A stretch of DNA of 64,000 nucleotides from Alphaproteobacteria bacterium (GTDB lineage Bacteria; Pseudomonadota; Alphaproteobacteria; UBA828), in contig OZ243972.1 in assembly GCA_965214705.1 (NCBI GenBank), positions 1,184,001 through 1,248,000 on the forward strand, read 5' to 3'. The position numbers and the translations under genes are program-made. The notes under the pieces are model-generated. The model saw nothing but the letters and a program-made list of their open reading frames with translations. It ran no database searches and was not told the origin of the DNA. How positions within the stretch are numbered: the stretch's first letter is position 1; the number at the start of each line of letters is the position of its first letter. Below, one piece after another: positions 18,777 through 30,773 of this stretch.

Positions 18777-19345
18777 GCGCTGACGCACGCGCCGGAGCCG
18801 AGAGCCGGCTCCTGGTCACGGCAGACGAGGTGGGGCGCTCCGGTCTCACTGTTGCGTTCGAGGCCGGCGAGGCGGAGAGGGAGGCGCTCGCGCGCCGCCT
18901 GGACCTGCTGGGGTTGGACGCGCTCACGGCAGAGCTCCGCTTCGCGCTGGCCAACGAGGCGGACGGTGCCATCCGTGTGAGCGGGGCGATCGACGCGCGG
19001 CTGGTTCAGCGTTGCGTCGTGACGCTCGAGCCCGTGCCGCGCTCGGTGAACGAGCCTGTCTCCGCCCTCTACGCGCCACCGCCCGCCGAGCAGCCCGAGC
19101 ACGAGGTCGAAGTCTCGGCGGAAGGTGACGAGGCCGAGCCACTACCCGAGGACGGTATCGATGTAGGCGCGCTGGTGGCGGAGCATCTCGCCCTTATCCT
19201 GGATCCCTATCCGCGCCATCCCGATGCGCCGGACGGGCCGCTCACCTACGCGGCGGGCGAGGATGGACCCAAAAAGGGTGTGCCGGACGACGAAGGAGAC
19301 ACCGGACCCTTCGCGGCGCTTGGCCAACTCAAAAGCAAGTTGTAA
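18773..19345 (+). CDS. YceD/DUF177 family protein
   Basis: QRCVVTLEP, LILDPYPRHP, GPFAALGQLK; upstream of rpmF. Confidence 0.88.
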   Translation: MSADARAGAESRLLVTADEVGRSGLTVAFEAGEAEREALARRLDLLGLDALTAELRFALANEADGAIRVSGAIDARLVQRCVVTLEPVPRSVNEPVSALYAPPPAEQPEHEVEVSAEGDEAEPLPEDGIDVGALVAEHLALILDPYPRHPDAPDGPLTYAAGEDGPKKGVPDDEGDTGPFAALGQLKSKL

Positions 19346-19439
19346 TGTGCGACTCTATTGTGTAGTGCCGGCGCAATTGGTGCGCTGCCGTTGAAGCGGC
19401 GGCGCGGTGCCCGCGCAGTCAAGCGATGAGAACCTGTCC

Positions 19440-19619
19440 ATGGCCGTCCCAAAAAAGAAAGTGTCCCGCGCACGCCGCGGCAACCGTCGTTCCCACGACG
19501 CGTTGGCCAAGGTCAACCCGACGGAATGCCCCAATTGCGGCGAGCACAAGCTGCCCCACCACGTGTGTCGGGCCTGCGGCTACTACAGGGGCCGCGAGGT
19601 GATCGAGGGCGAGGTCTAG
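19440..19619 (+). CDS. rpmF: 50S ribosomal protein L32
   Basis: [19 protein letters not shown]...[20 protein letters not shown]. Confidence 0.96.
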   Translation: MAVPKKKVSRARRGNRRSHDALAKVNPTECPNCGEHKLPHHVCRACGYYRGREVIEGEV

Positions 19620-19650
19620 CCCCATACCAGGCCGACACGAAGGCCCGCAG

Positions 19651-20703
19651 ATGAGCAACTCGGAGATCGTAATCGCCCTCGACGCAATGGGTGGCGATGG
19701 TGCTCCCGACGTGGTGATCAGGGGCGCCAACATCGCCCGCGTGCGCCATCCGCAACTCCGCTTCAAGTTCTTCGGCAAGGAGTCGGCCATCACTGCGGGC
19801 TTGGCGAAATTCAAGCGCCTGAAGTCGGTCAGCACCGTCCACCATGCCGAGAAGGTGATCGCCGACAACGACAAGCTCGTCCAGGTGTTGCGCCAGCGCC
19901 AGGCATCGAGCATGCGGCTCGCCATCGACGCCGTCGGGGAGAATACGGCGGACGGTGTGGTTTCGGCGGGCAACACCGGCGCGCTCATGGCGCTCGCCAA
20001 GGTCACGCTCAAGACCCTGCCGGGGATCGGGCGTCCCGCGATGGGATCGGTCTTCCCTACGGTGCGGGGCGAGAGCGTGATGCTCGACCTCGGCGCCAAT
20101 ATTGATTGCGATTCGGCAACGCTCGCGCAGTTCGCCGTGATGGGGGAGGTCTTCGCGCGCAACGTTCTCGGCGTGCGCGAGCCCACGGTGGGCCTGCTCA
20201 ACATCGGCACCGAGGAGCTGAAGGGCTCTGAGACTATCCGCACGGCGGCCGCGACGCTGCGGGATTCCGGCCTGCCGATCAAATTCCACGGCTTCGTTGA
20301 GGCTGACGACATCGCCGCCGGCACCGTCGACGTGATCGCCACCGACGGCTTCGCCGGCAACATCGCGCTCAAGTCGGCGGAGGGCACGGCGCGCCTCTAC
20401 ACCGAGTACCTCAAGAGCGCCTTCCGGCGCTCACTGTTCTCGCGGCTCGGCTATTTGCTGGCGCGGCCGGCGCTCCGGTTGCTCCGGGAGCGGGTCGACC
20501 CCCGCGCCTACAACGGTGCCATGTTCCTGGGTGTAAACGGGGTCGTGGTGAAGAGCCACGGCGGCACCGATCACAAGGGCTTCGCCAATGCCATCGGCGT
20601 CGCCTTCGACATGGTGAGCCAAGGGATCAATCCCAAGATCATCGACGAACTGTCGCGCCTCCAGCTTGCCGCCCTACCGGAGCCGAAGAGGGCCGCGCTC
20701 TAG
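19651..20703 (+). CDS. plsX: Phosphate acyltransferase PlsX
   Basis: [29 protein letters not shown]. Confidence 0.95.
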   Translation: MSNSEIVIALDAMGGDGAPDVVIRGANIARVRHPQLRFKFFGKESAITAGLAKFKRLKSVSTVHHAEKVIADNDKLVQVLRQRQASSMRLAIDAVGENTADGVVSAGNTGALMALAKVTLKTLPGIGRPAMGSVFPTVRGESVMLDLGANIDCDSATLAQFAVMGEVFARNVLGVREPTVGLLNIGTEELKGSETIRTAAATLRDSGLPIKFHGFVEADDIAAGTVDVIATDGFAGNIALKSAEGTARLYTEYLKSAFRRSLFSRLGYLLARPALRLLRERVDPRAYNGAMFLGVNGVVVKSHGGTDHKGFANAIGVAFDMVSQGINPKIIDELSRLQLAALPEPKRAAL

Positions 20704-20705
20704 CC

Positions 20706-21677
20706 ATGCGCCGCTCCCGGCTGATCGGCTGCGGCGCCTACCTCCCCGAGCGTGTGCTCAGCAACGACGAGCTCAGCACGCGCATCGACACCAGCGACGA
20801 GTGGATCAAGACTCGCACCGGCATCAGGCAGCGGCACGTCGCGGCCGATGACCAGCTGACCTCCGATCTCGCTTGCGAGGCGAGCCGGGCAGCGCTTGAA
20901 GCGGCAGGCGTCAGCGCGGACTCTCTCGACCTCGTGGTGTTGGCGACGTCGACGCCGGACAACACCTTCCCCGCCACCGCGACCAAGGTGCAGGCCAGGC
21001 TCGGCATGACCGGCGGCATCGCCTTCGATGTCCAGGCCGTGTGCGCGGGCTTTGTTTGCGCGCTCTCGGTGGCCGACAGCATGGTCCGAAGCGGCGCGGC
21101 CGACACGGCGCTCATCGTCGGCGCCGAAACCTATTCGCGCATCCTGGACTGGGACGACCGCCAGACCTGCGTGCTCTTCGGCGATGGCGCGGGCGCAGCC
21201 GTGCTGCGCGCAGATACCGGCGCCGGGACCACGGCCGACCGGGGCGTGCTTGCGGTCCGCATGCGTTCCGACGGGCGCCATTACCAGGCGCTCTACGTGG
21301 ACGGCGGTGTCTCCTCCACCCAGACCGCCGGCTACCTGCGAATGCAGGGGCGCGAGGTCTTTCGCCATGCCGTGGCCAATCTGGCGGAGATCGCGGGCGA
21401 GGCGCTGGATGCCGCCGGCGTCGGCGCAGACGACGTCGATTGGCTGGTCCCCCATCAAGCCAACCGCCGGATAATCGATGCAACCGGCAAGAAGCTCGGA
21501 ATTCCGGCGGAAAAGACGATCGTCACCGTGGACCGTCACGCCAATACCTCGTCTGCCTCCATCCCGCTCGCGCTCAAGGCCGGCATCGACGACGGGCGGA
21601 TTACGCCGGGCGATCTGCTGGTTGTCGAGGCGATCGGCGGCGGGCTGGTCTGGGGCGCCGGTGTCATTCGTCTCTAA
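20706..21677 (+). CDS. fabH: Beta-ketoacyl-ACP synthase III
   Basis: [26 protein letters not shown] catalytic triad. Confidence 0.95.
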   Translation: MRRSRLIGCGAYLPERVLSNDELSTRIDTSDEWIKTRTGIRQRHVAADDQLTSDLACEASRAALEAAGVSADSLDLVVLATSTPDNTFPATATKVQARLGMTGGIAFDVQAVCAGFVCALSVADSMVRSGAADTALIVGAETYSRILDWDDRQTCVLFGDGAGAAVLRADTGAGTTADRGVLAVRMRSDGRHYQALYVDGGVSSTQTAGYLRMQGREVFRHAVANLAEIAGEALDAAGVGADDVDWLVPHQANRRIIDATGKKLGIPAEKTIVTVDRHANTSSASIPLALKAGIDDGRITPGDLLVVEAIGGGLVWGAGVIRL

Positions 21678-21792
21678 AGCGCTGTACCGGGTCAACAATT
21701 ACGCATGGGCCCCGGTTCGGCCCGCGCATGACGGTTGACGGTCCGGCACCGAGGCAGTACCGTGGTGCGGACATAAAGGGAGGCGGGAGACA

Positions 21793-22161
21793 ATGGCCGG
21801 GCGAACGGTCACCCGCGCCGATCTCGCCGAGGCTGTCTTCCGCGAAATCGGCCTGTCACGGAAGGAATCTGCTGATCTGGTCGAATCGGTCCTCGGCCTG
21901 ATCGCCGATGCGCTCGCGCACGGCGAGCCGGTGAAGATTTCCTCCTTCGGCAGCTTCAGCGCGCGGATGAAGGGCCAGCGTATCGGCCGCAATCCCAAGA
22001 CCGGCGAGGAGGTTCCCATCCTGCCGCGCCGCGTGCTGGTCTTCCGCGCCTCACACGTGTTGAAGGACCGCATCAATGGCTCGCTCGCGCCCGTCGAGGA
22101 GGACGAGGGCCTGGAAATAGTTCTGGATAGCGAACGGCCCGACGGGCCGGCCTCTTCCTAG
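21793..22161 (+). CDS. ihfA: Integration host factor subunit alpha
   Basis: [32 protein letters not shown]. Confidence 0.94.
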   Translation: MAGRTVTRADLAEAVFREIGLSRKESADLVESVLGLIADALAHGEPVKISSFGSFSARMKGQRIGRNPKTGEEVPILPRRVLVFRASHVLKDRINGSLAPVEEDEGLEIVLDSERPDGPASS

Positions 22162-22164
22162 GCG

Positions 22165-22578
22165 ATGCCAGGCGCCGAGCCCGCAAGCGCGGGCGTTCCG
22201 AAATCGCCGGATGCGTTCCGCACCATCGGCGAGGTCTCTGAAGAGCTTGCCGTGCCGCAGCACGTTCTGCGCTTCTGGGAGACCAAGTTCCCGCAGGTCA
22301 GGCCACTCAAGCGGGGCGGCGGACGCCGCTACTACCGGCCCGAGGATGTGGCGCTGCTGCGCCACATCCGGCACTTGCTTCACGCCGAGGGATATACCGT
22401 GCGCGGCGTGCAGAAGCTGCTGCGCGAGCGGGCCTCGAGACCGGGCGCCCCACCTCTACTGCCCGATCGGATCGAGGAGGATAGCCCTCTCGCTCCCGAA
22501 GATCGCGCCAAAGCCGCCCAGGTGCTCGACGAGCTCTGCGTTCTCCGTGACCTGCTGCGCGGCCGCACCCGGTCCTGA
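22165..22578 (+). CDS. MerR-family transcriptional regulator
   Basis: [39 protein letters not shown]; the usual gene after ihfA. Confidence 0.92.
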   Translation: MPGAEPASAGVPKSPDAFRTIGEVSEELAVPQHVLRFWETKFPQVRPLKRGGGRRYYRPEDVALLRHIRHLLHAEGYTVRGVQKLLRERASRPGAPPLLPDRIEEDSPLAPEDRAKAAQVLDELCVLRDLLRGRTRS

Positions 22579-22628
22579 CACACTCTCCGCGCCAACACTC
22601 GGCTAGCCGGGGCGTCCGGTATTCCCGA

Positions 22629-23369
22629 TTACCCGATCGCGGCGAGACCGGGAAAGGCTTCGAGCAGCCAGAAGGCGAAGGAGCTAAGGTAGCCGGTAAT
22701 CAAGGCTGCCCCCATGGCCACCAGAATGACTCCGGCACCGATCTGCAGTGGCCTGCTGATCCTGCGGATGCGCCTCATGTGGCGGAGGAAGAATCCGGTG
22801 AACGCCGCCGCGATCAGGAACGGCACCCCAAGCCCCAGCGAATAGACTGCCAGCAGGCCGACGCCGAGGCCGACATCGGCGGAGGTCGCGGTCAGCGTGA
22901 GGATGCCGCCCAGCACCGGGCCGATGCAGGGAGTCCAGCCGAAGGCGAAGGCCGCACCCAGCAGGAAGGCGCTCGCCGGCTTGCCGCCGGCGAGACGGCC
23001 GGCGAAGCGCGCCTCACGTTCGAAGAACGGGACCCTGATCAGGCCCGTGAGGTAGACGCCGAAGACGATGATTACGGCGCCTGCGACATATTCGAAAATT
23101 GTCTTGTGCTGGAGCAGGAAACCGCCGACGGCGCTCGCGCTCGCCCCGAGGGCCACGAAAACCGCCGTGAAGCCGAGGACGAAGAACGCGCTCAGCATCA
23201 GTGCCGCAAGTCGCCTGCGGGAGAGTCCCTCCTCGTCCCTCAGCTCCTCGAGCGAGCCGCCAGCGACGTAGGAGACGTACCCCGGCACCAGCGGCAGAAC
23301 GCAGGGCGAGAGGAAGGAGATCAGCCCGGCGACGAAGACCGAGACGATGCCGATGGCGGAGAGTTCCAT
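22629..23369 (-). CDS. ccdA: Cytochrome c biogenesis protein CcdA
   Basis: SFLSPCVLPLVP and FGWTPCIGPVLG. Confidence 0.92.
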   Translation of the reverse strand: MELSAIGIVSVFVAGLISFLSPCVLPLVPGYVSYVAGGSLEELRDEEGLSRRRLAALMLSAFFVLGFTAVFVALGASASAVGGFLLQHKTIFEYVAGAVIIVFGVYLTGLIRVPFFEREARFAGRLAGGKPASAFLLGAAFAFGWTPCIGPVLGGILTLTATSADVGLGVGLLAVYSLGLGVPFLIAAAFTGFFLRHMRRIRRISRPLQIGAGVILVAMGAALITGYLSSFAFWLLEAFPGLAAIG

Positions 23370-23409
23370 GATCGCCGATCCCGCGAGGGGTGTGCCCGGG
23401 CCTGCGCCG

Positions 23410-23991
23410 CTACTCGACGATGTGGCGCACCAGCTCGATCACGTCCGGGTCGTCCCAGTGTCGATCGCCGAGCACGCGCGCGACCTCCGCGCCCTCGCCG
23501 TCAAAGAAGACCGTGGCGGGAATGCCGTGCACCCGGAGAGCGCGCCCCGCCGCCATTTTCTCGTCGATGAAGATGGGCAGCGTGGTGAGATTGTGGTCGT
23601 TGTAATACCTGCGCACGAGCTTGGCACCGCCGCGGTCGAGCGAGAGCGGAAGGATCACCAGGTCGTCCCCAAGCTCCCGCTGCAGGGCGTCCATCGTCGG
23701 CATCTCGGCGCGGCAGGGGAAGCACCATGTAGCCCAGAAGTGCAGGGCGATCGGCGTGCCGCGATAGTCGGTGAGGTTCTTCTCTTCACCGGCCTCGTCG
23801 ATGAAGGCGATGGGTGGCGGCTCCATCGGCCCGTCGGTCACGACCAGATTGAGGATGGGGCTCCCGTCAATGCGTTTGTCGAGGGCGCGCAGCGTCTCTC
23901 CATCGGCGGCAAGCAGAGCGCCGCCGTAAAGCATTGCGCTGAGCACGGCGACGGCGGCGGTGAGGCGCGCCAAAATTCCAATTTTCTTCAT
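23410..23991 (-). CDS. TlpA-family thiol:disulfide oxidoreductase
   Basis: Signal/anchor segment, HFWATWCFPCRAEMP, GIPAT; start set at MKKIG 23991. Confidence 0.9.
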   Translation of the reverse strand: MKKIGILARLTAAVAVLSAMLYGGALLAADGETLRALDKRIDGSPILNLVVTDGPMEPPPIAFIDEAGEEKNLTDYRGTPIALHFWATWCFPCRAEMPTMDALQRELGDDLVILPLSLDRGGAKLVRRYYNDHNLTTLPIFIDEKMAAGRALRVHGIPATVFFDGEGAEVARVLGDRHWDDPDVIELVRHIVE

Positions 23992-24064
23992 GGCTGTCGC
24001 TCCATCTCTGCCAGCCGTCTGCTCGGGCATAGATAGTAACCTCAGAGCGCCCTGCCTAGCGCCG

Positions 24065-24853
24065 TTACGCGCGCTCACCATGATTTGAAGCGGTACTAGC
24101 TCCGGCGATTCCCTCCACAGCGGCGGTGAGCCGGGCGAGGTCATCGTCGCGCGAGAGGCGGTGGTCGCCGTCCTTCACCAGTTCGACCGTGACGCGCTCG
24201 CTCTCCACGAGCTCGGCGATTTGGAGCGCGGTGCGCCAGGGCACGTCCTCGTCGCGCATGCCCTGCAGCAGGTGAATGGGGCAGCCAATCGCGATTTGCG
24301 CGCGCAGCAGCAGGTGCTCGCGCCCCTCCTCGATCAGGCCCTTGGTGATGGGGTAGGGGTCTTCGCCATAGTCGCAGGGCATCACGATTTCGCCGGCCTC
24401 GGCGAGGGTCCGCCGCCCTTCGTCGTCGAGCGCGGACCAGATGGGGTCTTCGGTGAAATCGGGTGCCGCCGCGACGCCGACGAGTCCGGCGACGCGCTCG
24501 GGCCGCACCAGCGCGAGCAGTAGCACGATCCAGCCGCCCATGCTGGAGCCGACCAGGACTTGCGGACCGCTGGCGACGCGGTCGAGCACCGCCAGCGCGT
24601 CGTCCCGCCAGCCGCCGATGGTGCCGTCCCGAAACGCGCCGCCCGAGGCGCCGTGGCCGGCATAGTCGAAGCGCACGAAAGCCCGGCCGATGCGGCGGCA
24701 GTGGGCCTCCAGCGCCGTGGCCTTGGTGCCGGTCATGTCCGACATGAAGCCGCCGCAGAACATCACGCCCGGCGTACTGCCCGCCATCGCCCGGTAGGCG
24801 ATGGTCTCGCGGCCGTCGCGCTCAAGCAGCGATGGCGGTGGGGGTTCTTGCAT
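24065..24853 (-). CDS. Alpha/beta hydrolase (ABHD10-like)
   Basis: GGFMSDMTGTKA, RFDYAGHG, GSSMGG nucleophile, GDHRLS. Confidence 0.9.
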   Translation of the reverse strand: MQEPPPPSLLERDGRETIAYRAMAGSTPGVMFCGGFMSDMTGTKATALEAHCRRIGRAFVRFDYAGHGASGGAFRDGTIGGWRDDALAVLDRVASGPQVLVGSSMGGWIVLLLALVRPERVAGLVGVAAAPDFTEDPIWSALDDEGRRTLAEAGEIVMPCDYGEDPYPITKGLIEEGREHLLLRAQIAIGCPIHLLQGMRDEDVPWRTALQIAELVESERVTVELVKDGDHRLSRDDDLARLTAAVEGIAGASTASNHGERA

Positions 24854-24894
24854 GGGTCTCTCGCTCGATCCCACCGTCGGCCAGATGGCTTTCC

Positions 24895-26310
<1,416 letters not shown>

Positions 26311-26328
26311 CGGTCTCCTCTTCCCGCG

Positions 26329-27978
26329 CTAGACGCGGTTGCGGTCGAAGGTTGGCTGCACACCCGACCCGTAGAGCTTGAGCGCTCCGTCGGGGCCGAC
26401 GGTGTTTGGGCGCTGGAATATCCAGTTCTGCCAGGCGGAGAGGCGGCCGAAAATCTTGGTCTCGAGAGTCTCTGGCCCGGCGAAGCGGAGCGATGCCTCC
26501 ATGCCGGAGAGCGCGTCGGGCGAGAACGCCGCGCGCGCCTCGATGGCGATACGCACCTCGTCCTCCCAGTCGATATCGTCGGGGATGAAGGTGACGAGCC
26601 CCAACGCCTCCGCCGCCTCGGCGTCGAGATCGGTGTCGAGGGCCGCGTGCGTTGCCGCAAGCGCTTCATCATCGTCGAGGAAGCGGCTGGCAAGGCGGGA
26701 GAGCCCGTTCGCCATTGGCAGCGAGCCGGCGTTCATCGCCGTGAGCCGCACCGTCGCCGGCGCCTCGTTCGAGCCCTCGAAGGTGCCGTCCAACATGAAG
26801 CTGCGATCACCCGCGAGTGCGAGCTCCAGCAGCGTGCCCGTGAAGCACGAACCGGGCTCGATCAGCGCGACGAGGCTGCGCGCGCTCACGTCGAGGCGTT
26901 TCAGGGTCCGCTTCAAATAGAGAGTGATCTCGCGTACCAGCCAGTCGCCGGCATTGGCTGCGAGCGCGGCATCCGCCGCCGCAACGCGCTCTGCCGCTCC
27001 TGTCGTCTTGAGAACCCAGGTGCCGAGCGCCGGCTCATTGAAGCGCAGGTGCAGGATCGCGTCGTCAAGCTCGCGCGCGAGCGCCAGCGGCCAAAAGTCC
27101 GCGCCGGCTGTGTGGATCGCGTCGGGCTCGGCAGACGGCGGCGCGTCCGGCGCGGCCACCGTGAGCGTCGCCGTTCCCTGCGCCCGGTCGAGCGCGACCT
27201 GGACGTGGCGGTAGGCCATGGCGTCCTCGCTCACCGTGCGCTCCAGCGGGGGCAATTTGATCCCGCGCGCATCGGCCGGCCGGTCCGATGTATCCGTCAA
27301 GGCTGCGGCGCGGGCGGCGACGGCATCGTCGAGCCGCGAGCGCGGCACCAATTCGTCCACCAGCTTCCACTCCAGCGCACGGCGCCCGCGCACGCCCTCG
27401 CCCGTGGTGCAGAAATAATCAGCACGGTCGCGCCTGACGCATCGCTTGTCGACGACGCGGGTGAGCCCGCCGGTGCCCGGCAGCACCGCCAGCAGCGGCA
27501 CCTCGGGCAGCGACACGGCAGTCGAGCCGTCATCGACCAGAATGATGTGGTCGGTCGCGAGCGCGAGCTCGTAGCCGCCGCCCGCGGCGGTTCCAGCGAT
27601 TACCGTCATCCAGCGCTGGCCCGCGTTGGCCGAGGCATCCTCGATGGCGTTGCGGGTCTCGTTGGTGAACTTGCAGAAATTGACCTTGTCGATGTGCGAG
27701 GAGCGGGACAGCATCGGGATATTCGCGCCGGCCGAGAAGACGCGCTCCTTCGCCGACGTCAGCACCACTGCCCGCACCTGCGGATGTTCGAAGCGGAGCC
27801 GCTGGGCGGCATCCGCGAGCTCGATATCGACGCCGAGATCGTAGGAGTTGAGCTTCAGCGCATAGTCGCCGCCGATGCCGCCATCCTCGTCCACGTCGAG
27901 CGCGAGCGTGGCGATGGCGCCGTCGATGGAGAGCCGCCAGTGGCGGTATTGGTCCGGATGGGTCCGGAAGTCGATCAT
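26329..27978 (-). CDS. boxC: 2,3-epoxybenzoyl-CoA dihydrolase
   Basis: IDFRTHPDQYRHW, KLNSYDLGVDIELADA, KVNFCKFTNETRN, RLSAWQNWIFQRPN. Confidence 0.95.
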   Translation of the reverse strand: MIDFRTHPDQYRHWRLSIDGAIATLALDVDEDGGIGGDYALKLNSYDLGVDIELADAAQRLRFEHPQVRAVVLTSAKERVFSAGANIPMLSRSSHIDKVNFCKFTNETRNAIEDASANAGQRWMTVIAGTAAGGGYELALATDHIILVDDGSTAVSLPEVPLLAVLPGTGGLTRVVDKRCVRRDRADYFCTTGEGVRGRRALEWKLVDELVPRSRLDDAVAARAAALTDTSDRPADARGIKLPPLERTVSEDAMAYRHVQVALDRAQGTATLTVAAPDAPPSAEPDAIHTAGADFWPLALARELDDAILHLRFNEPALGTWVLKTTGAAERVAAADAALAANAGDWLVREITLYLKRTLKRLDVSARSLVALIEPGSCFTGTLLELALAGDRSFMLDGTFEGSNEAPATVRLTAMNAGSLPMANGLSRLASRFLDDDEALAATHAALDTDLDAEAAEALGLVTFIPDDIDWEDEVRIAIEARAAFSPDALSGMEASLRFAGPETLETKIFGRLSAWQNWIFQRPNTVGPDGALKLYGSGVQPTFDRNRV

Positions 27979-28089
27979 CGTACCCGCCGTCTATCGGGCA
28001 GCGGCCAACGCGTCCCGACATCGATTGTTCCTTGCGGACTATATGGCGCGCCGCTCTCCGCCATCCACGGGAATCTTCCCGACAAACCG

Positions 28090-29406
28090 CTAGTCCTTGG
28101 GGCGCAGGTCGACGATACGCTTGGCCTTGCCGGCCGAGCGTTCGATCGAGCCCGGCTCTCCGACCGTGACTTTGCTGCTGATGCCGATCAGAGACCGAAT
28201 GCGGCCGGCGAGATCGCGCCCAGCCACCCGTCGCGTCTCGTCATCGGCGGCGCCGGGCTTGGCCTCGACGACCACCGTCAACTCGTCGAGGCGGCCCGGC
28301 CGCCGCACTTCGAGGTAGTAGTGCGGCGTGAGACGCTGGTCTTCGAGCACGATCTCCTCGATGAACGGCGGGAACAGGTTGACGCCGCGGATGATCAGCA
28401 TGTCGTCGTTGCGTCCCGTGACCCGCTGCATGCGCCGCATGGCGCGCGCGGTGCCTGGCAGCAGCCGGGTGAGGTCGCGGGTGCGGTAGCGAATGATGGG
28501 GCACGCTTCCTTGGTGAGAGACGTGATGACCATTTCTCCCGCCTCGCCGTCGGGCAGCACGGCGCCGGTCTCGGGATCGATGATCTCGGGGTAGAAGTGG
28601 TCCTCCCAGATGTGGAGACCGTCCTTGCTCTCCACGCACTCGATGGAGACGCCGGGGCCGATCGCCTCGGAGCACCCGTAGATGTCGATCGCCTGCATGG
28701 CGAAGCGGGTCTCGATCTCCTCGCGCATCGCTTCAGTCCACGGTTCGGCGCCGTGAATGCCGATCTGCAGCGAGCAACGCCGCGGGTCCAGCCCCAGGCG
28801 CTCGAACTCGTCGCCGATCGCCAGCATGTAGGACGGCGTGACGGCGATGACCCGCGGCTCGAAGTCGTAGATCATGCCCACCTGTCGCTCGGTGAACCCG
28901 CCCGACGCCGGGACCACGGTGCAGCCGAGCTTCTCGGCGCCGGCGTGAAGGCCGAGGCCGCCGGTGAAGAGCCCGTAGCCGTAGGCGATGTGAACCATGT
29001 CGCCGGGGCGGGCGCCGGCGGCGCGCAGGCAGCGGGCGACCAGGCCGGCCCAGGTGTCGAGGTCGTTCCTCGTGTAACCCACGACGGTGGGAATGCCGGT
29101 GGTGCCGCTCGAGGCATGGATGCGGATGATCTGCTCGCGCGGAACCGCGAACATGTCGAAGGGGTAGTTGAGGCGGAGGTCGTCCTTGACCGTGAACGGG
29201 AACCTGGCGAGGTCGTCGAGGGACGTGAGATCGGCCGGGCTCACGCCCGCTTCGTCGAAACACCTCTTGTAGTGAGGCACGTTGTCGTAGGCGCGCCGCA
29301 GGGTCGCTTGCAGCCGCGTGAGTTGCAATGCCGCGATCTCGTCGCGGCTCGCGGTCTCGATGGGGTCGAGCTCGTCCGGGCGCGGGGGGCGAACGGGGTC
29401 GTTCAT
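28090..29406 (-). CDS. paaK: Phenylacetate-CoA ligase family (PaaK-like) aryl-CoA ligase
   Basis: HASSGTTGIPTVVGYT, YGYGLFTGGLG, IWEDHFYPEII, IIRYRTRD; start MNDP at 29406. Confidence 0.85.
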   Translation of the reverse strand: MNDPVRPPRPDELDPIETASRDEIAALQLTRLQATLRRAYDNVPHYKRCFDEAGVSPADLTSLDDLARFPFTVKDDLRLNYPFDMFAVPREQIIRIHASSGTTGIPTVVGYTRNDLDTWAGLVARCLRAAGARPGDMVHIAYGYGLFTGGLGLHAGAEKLGCTVVPASGGFTERQVGMIYDFEPRVIAVTPSYMLAIGDEFERLGLDPRRCSLQIGIHGAEPWTEAMREEIETRFAMQAIDIYGCSEAIGPGVSIECVESKDGLHIWEDHFYPEIIDPETGAVLPDGEAGEMVITSLTKEACPIIRYRTRDLTRLLPGTARAMRRMQRVTGRNDDMLIIRGVNLFPPFIEEIVLEDQRLTPHYYLEVRRPGRLDELTVVVEAKPGAADDETRRVAGRDLAGRIRSLIGISSKVTVGEPGSIERSAGKAKRIVDLRPKD

Positions 29407-29551
29407 GGCATCCCTCTTGCGGTGCCGCACCATAGCGCATCCCGCGCCGGCGGCATCGCCTGCGTTGACACGCCCCCGCCCTGAGCGGATAGTCCGGCGC
29501 CTGTCGAAGGGGCGCCGGTATCGGCCGCCCGCACCCGTCAGGCGCCTGCTC

Positions 29552-30454
29552 ATGTCTCCATCGAATGTCTCAACCGACAGCGCCGGGCCGATCGAGGACC
29601 CGGCGGGCGTGATTGCCTTCCAGGGGGCGCCGGGCGCTTTCTCCGAGGCCGCCTGCATGGCCCGCTACCCGGCGATGACCACGCTCCCCTGCAAGACTTT
29701 CAGCGATACCTTCGCCGCCGTCGCCCAGGATCGCGCCGGGCTCGCCATGATCCCGATCGAGAACTCGGCGGCGGGCCGCGTTGCCGACATTCACCAGCTC
29801 CTGCCGGAATCCGACCTCCACATCGTCGAGGAACACTTCGAGCGCGTGCGCCACAACCTCCTTGCTTGCCACGGCGCCGACCCGTCGAAGCTCGAGACCG
29901 TGCGCTCGCACGTGCACGCGCTCTCCCAGTGCCGCAAGCTCATCGCGCGGCGCGGTCTCGTGCCGATCGTGCACGCCGATACGGCAGGCGCTGCCGCCGA
30001 GGTGGCGGCGACGGGCGACTCGACCCGGGCCGCGATCGCCTCCCAGCTCGCCGCCGAAACCTATGGGCTGGCGATCGTCGAGGCGAACATTGAGGACGAA
30101 GCCCACAACACGACGCGCTTCGTGGTGCTGTCGCGGCAGCCGGCCGATCCCGGCGCGGACGCCGGGCCAGTGATCACCTCCTTCATGTTCCAGTGCCGCA
30201 ACGTGCCGGCGGCGCTCTACAAGTGCTTGGGCGGCTTCGCCACCAACAGCGTCAACATGACCAAGCTGGAAAGCTACATGGTTGACGGCAGCTTCTCAGC
30301 AACGGTCTTCTTCGCTGAGGTCGAGGGGCATCCGTCCGAAACCGCACTGGCGCGCGCCCTGAGCGAGCTTGACTACTTTTCGCGCGAGGTGCGGATCATG
30401 GGCGTCTACCCGGCCCATCCCTACCGCCGCGAGGCCGCCGCCATCAGGCGCTGA
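29552..30454 (+). CDS. pheA: Prephenate dehydratase
   Basis: AFQGAPGAFSE, IPIENS, NTTRFVVL, ACT domain NMTKLES. Confidence 0.93.
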   Translation: MSPSNVSTDSAGPIEDPAGVIAFQGAPGAFSEAACMARYPAMTTLPCKTFSDTFAAVAQDRAGLAMIPIENSAAGRVADIHQLLPESDLHIVEEHFERVRHNLLACHGADPSKLETVRSHVHALSQCRKLIARRGLVPIVHADTAGAAAEVAATGDSTRAAIASQLAAETYGLAIVEANIEDEAHNTTRFVVLSRQPADPGADAGPVITSFMFQCRNVPAALYKCLGGFATNSVNMTKLESYMVDGSFSATVFFAEVEGHPSETALARALSELDYFSREVRIMGVYPAHPYRREAAAIRR

Positions 30455-30493
30455 TCGGGGCGCCCAGCAGAGGGATACTGGAGCTAAGCCGAC

Positions 30494-30760
30494 ATGCACG
30501 ATCCCGCCCTGACGCCGCTGCGCTGGACCTTCTCGTGGCCCGTGATCCGCAACTCGCTGATTGTTGGCGCCATCGTCGGGACGATCCTCAACATGATCAA
30601 TCAGGGCGATCACATCACCGGCGACGGCGCAATCAACTGGTTCAAGCTCGGGCTGACCTATTGCGTGCCGTTCTGCGTCGCCACCTATGGCGCCTTCGCC
30701 GCCGCGCGGCTATTCGCGAAGCAGATGCGCGCGAAGAGGGAGGGCAGCGGCGCCAATTGA
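30494..30760 (+). CDS. Small membrane protein, NrtS-like
   Basis: VGTILNMINQGD...KLGLTYCVPFCVATYGA pattern of the NrtS family. Confidence 0.75.
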   Translation: MHDPALTPLRWTFSWPVIRNSLIVGAIVGTILNMINQGDHITGDGAINWFKLGLTYCVPFCVATYGAFAAARLFAKQMRAKREGSGAN

Positions 30761-30773
30761 TGCGGGCACGCGC

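Noticed and set aside
22579-22628. Expected tRNA-Pro after ihfA-merR
   Set aside because: The gap is only 50 nt, with no cloverleaf or TTCGA T-loop.
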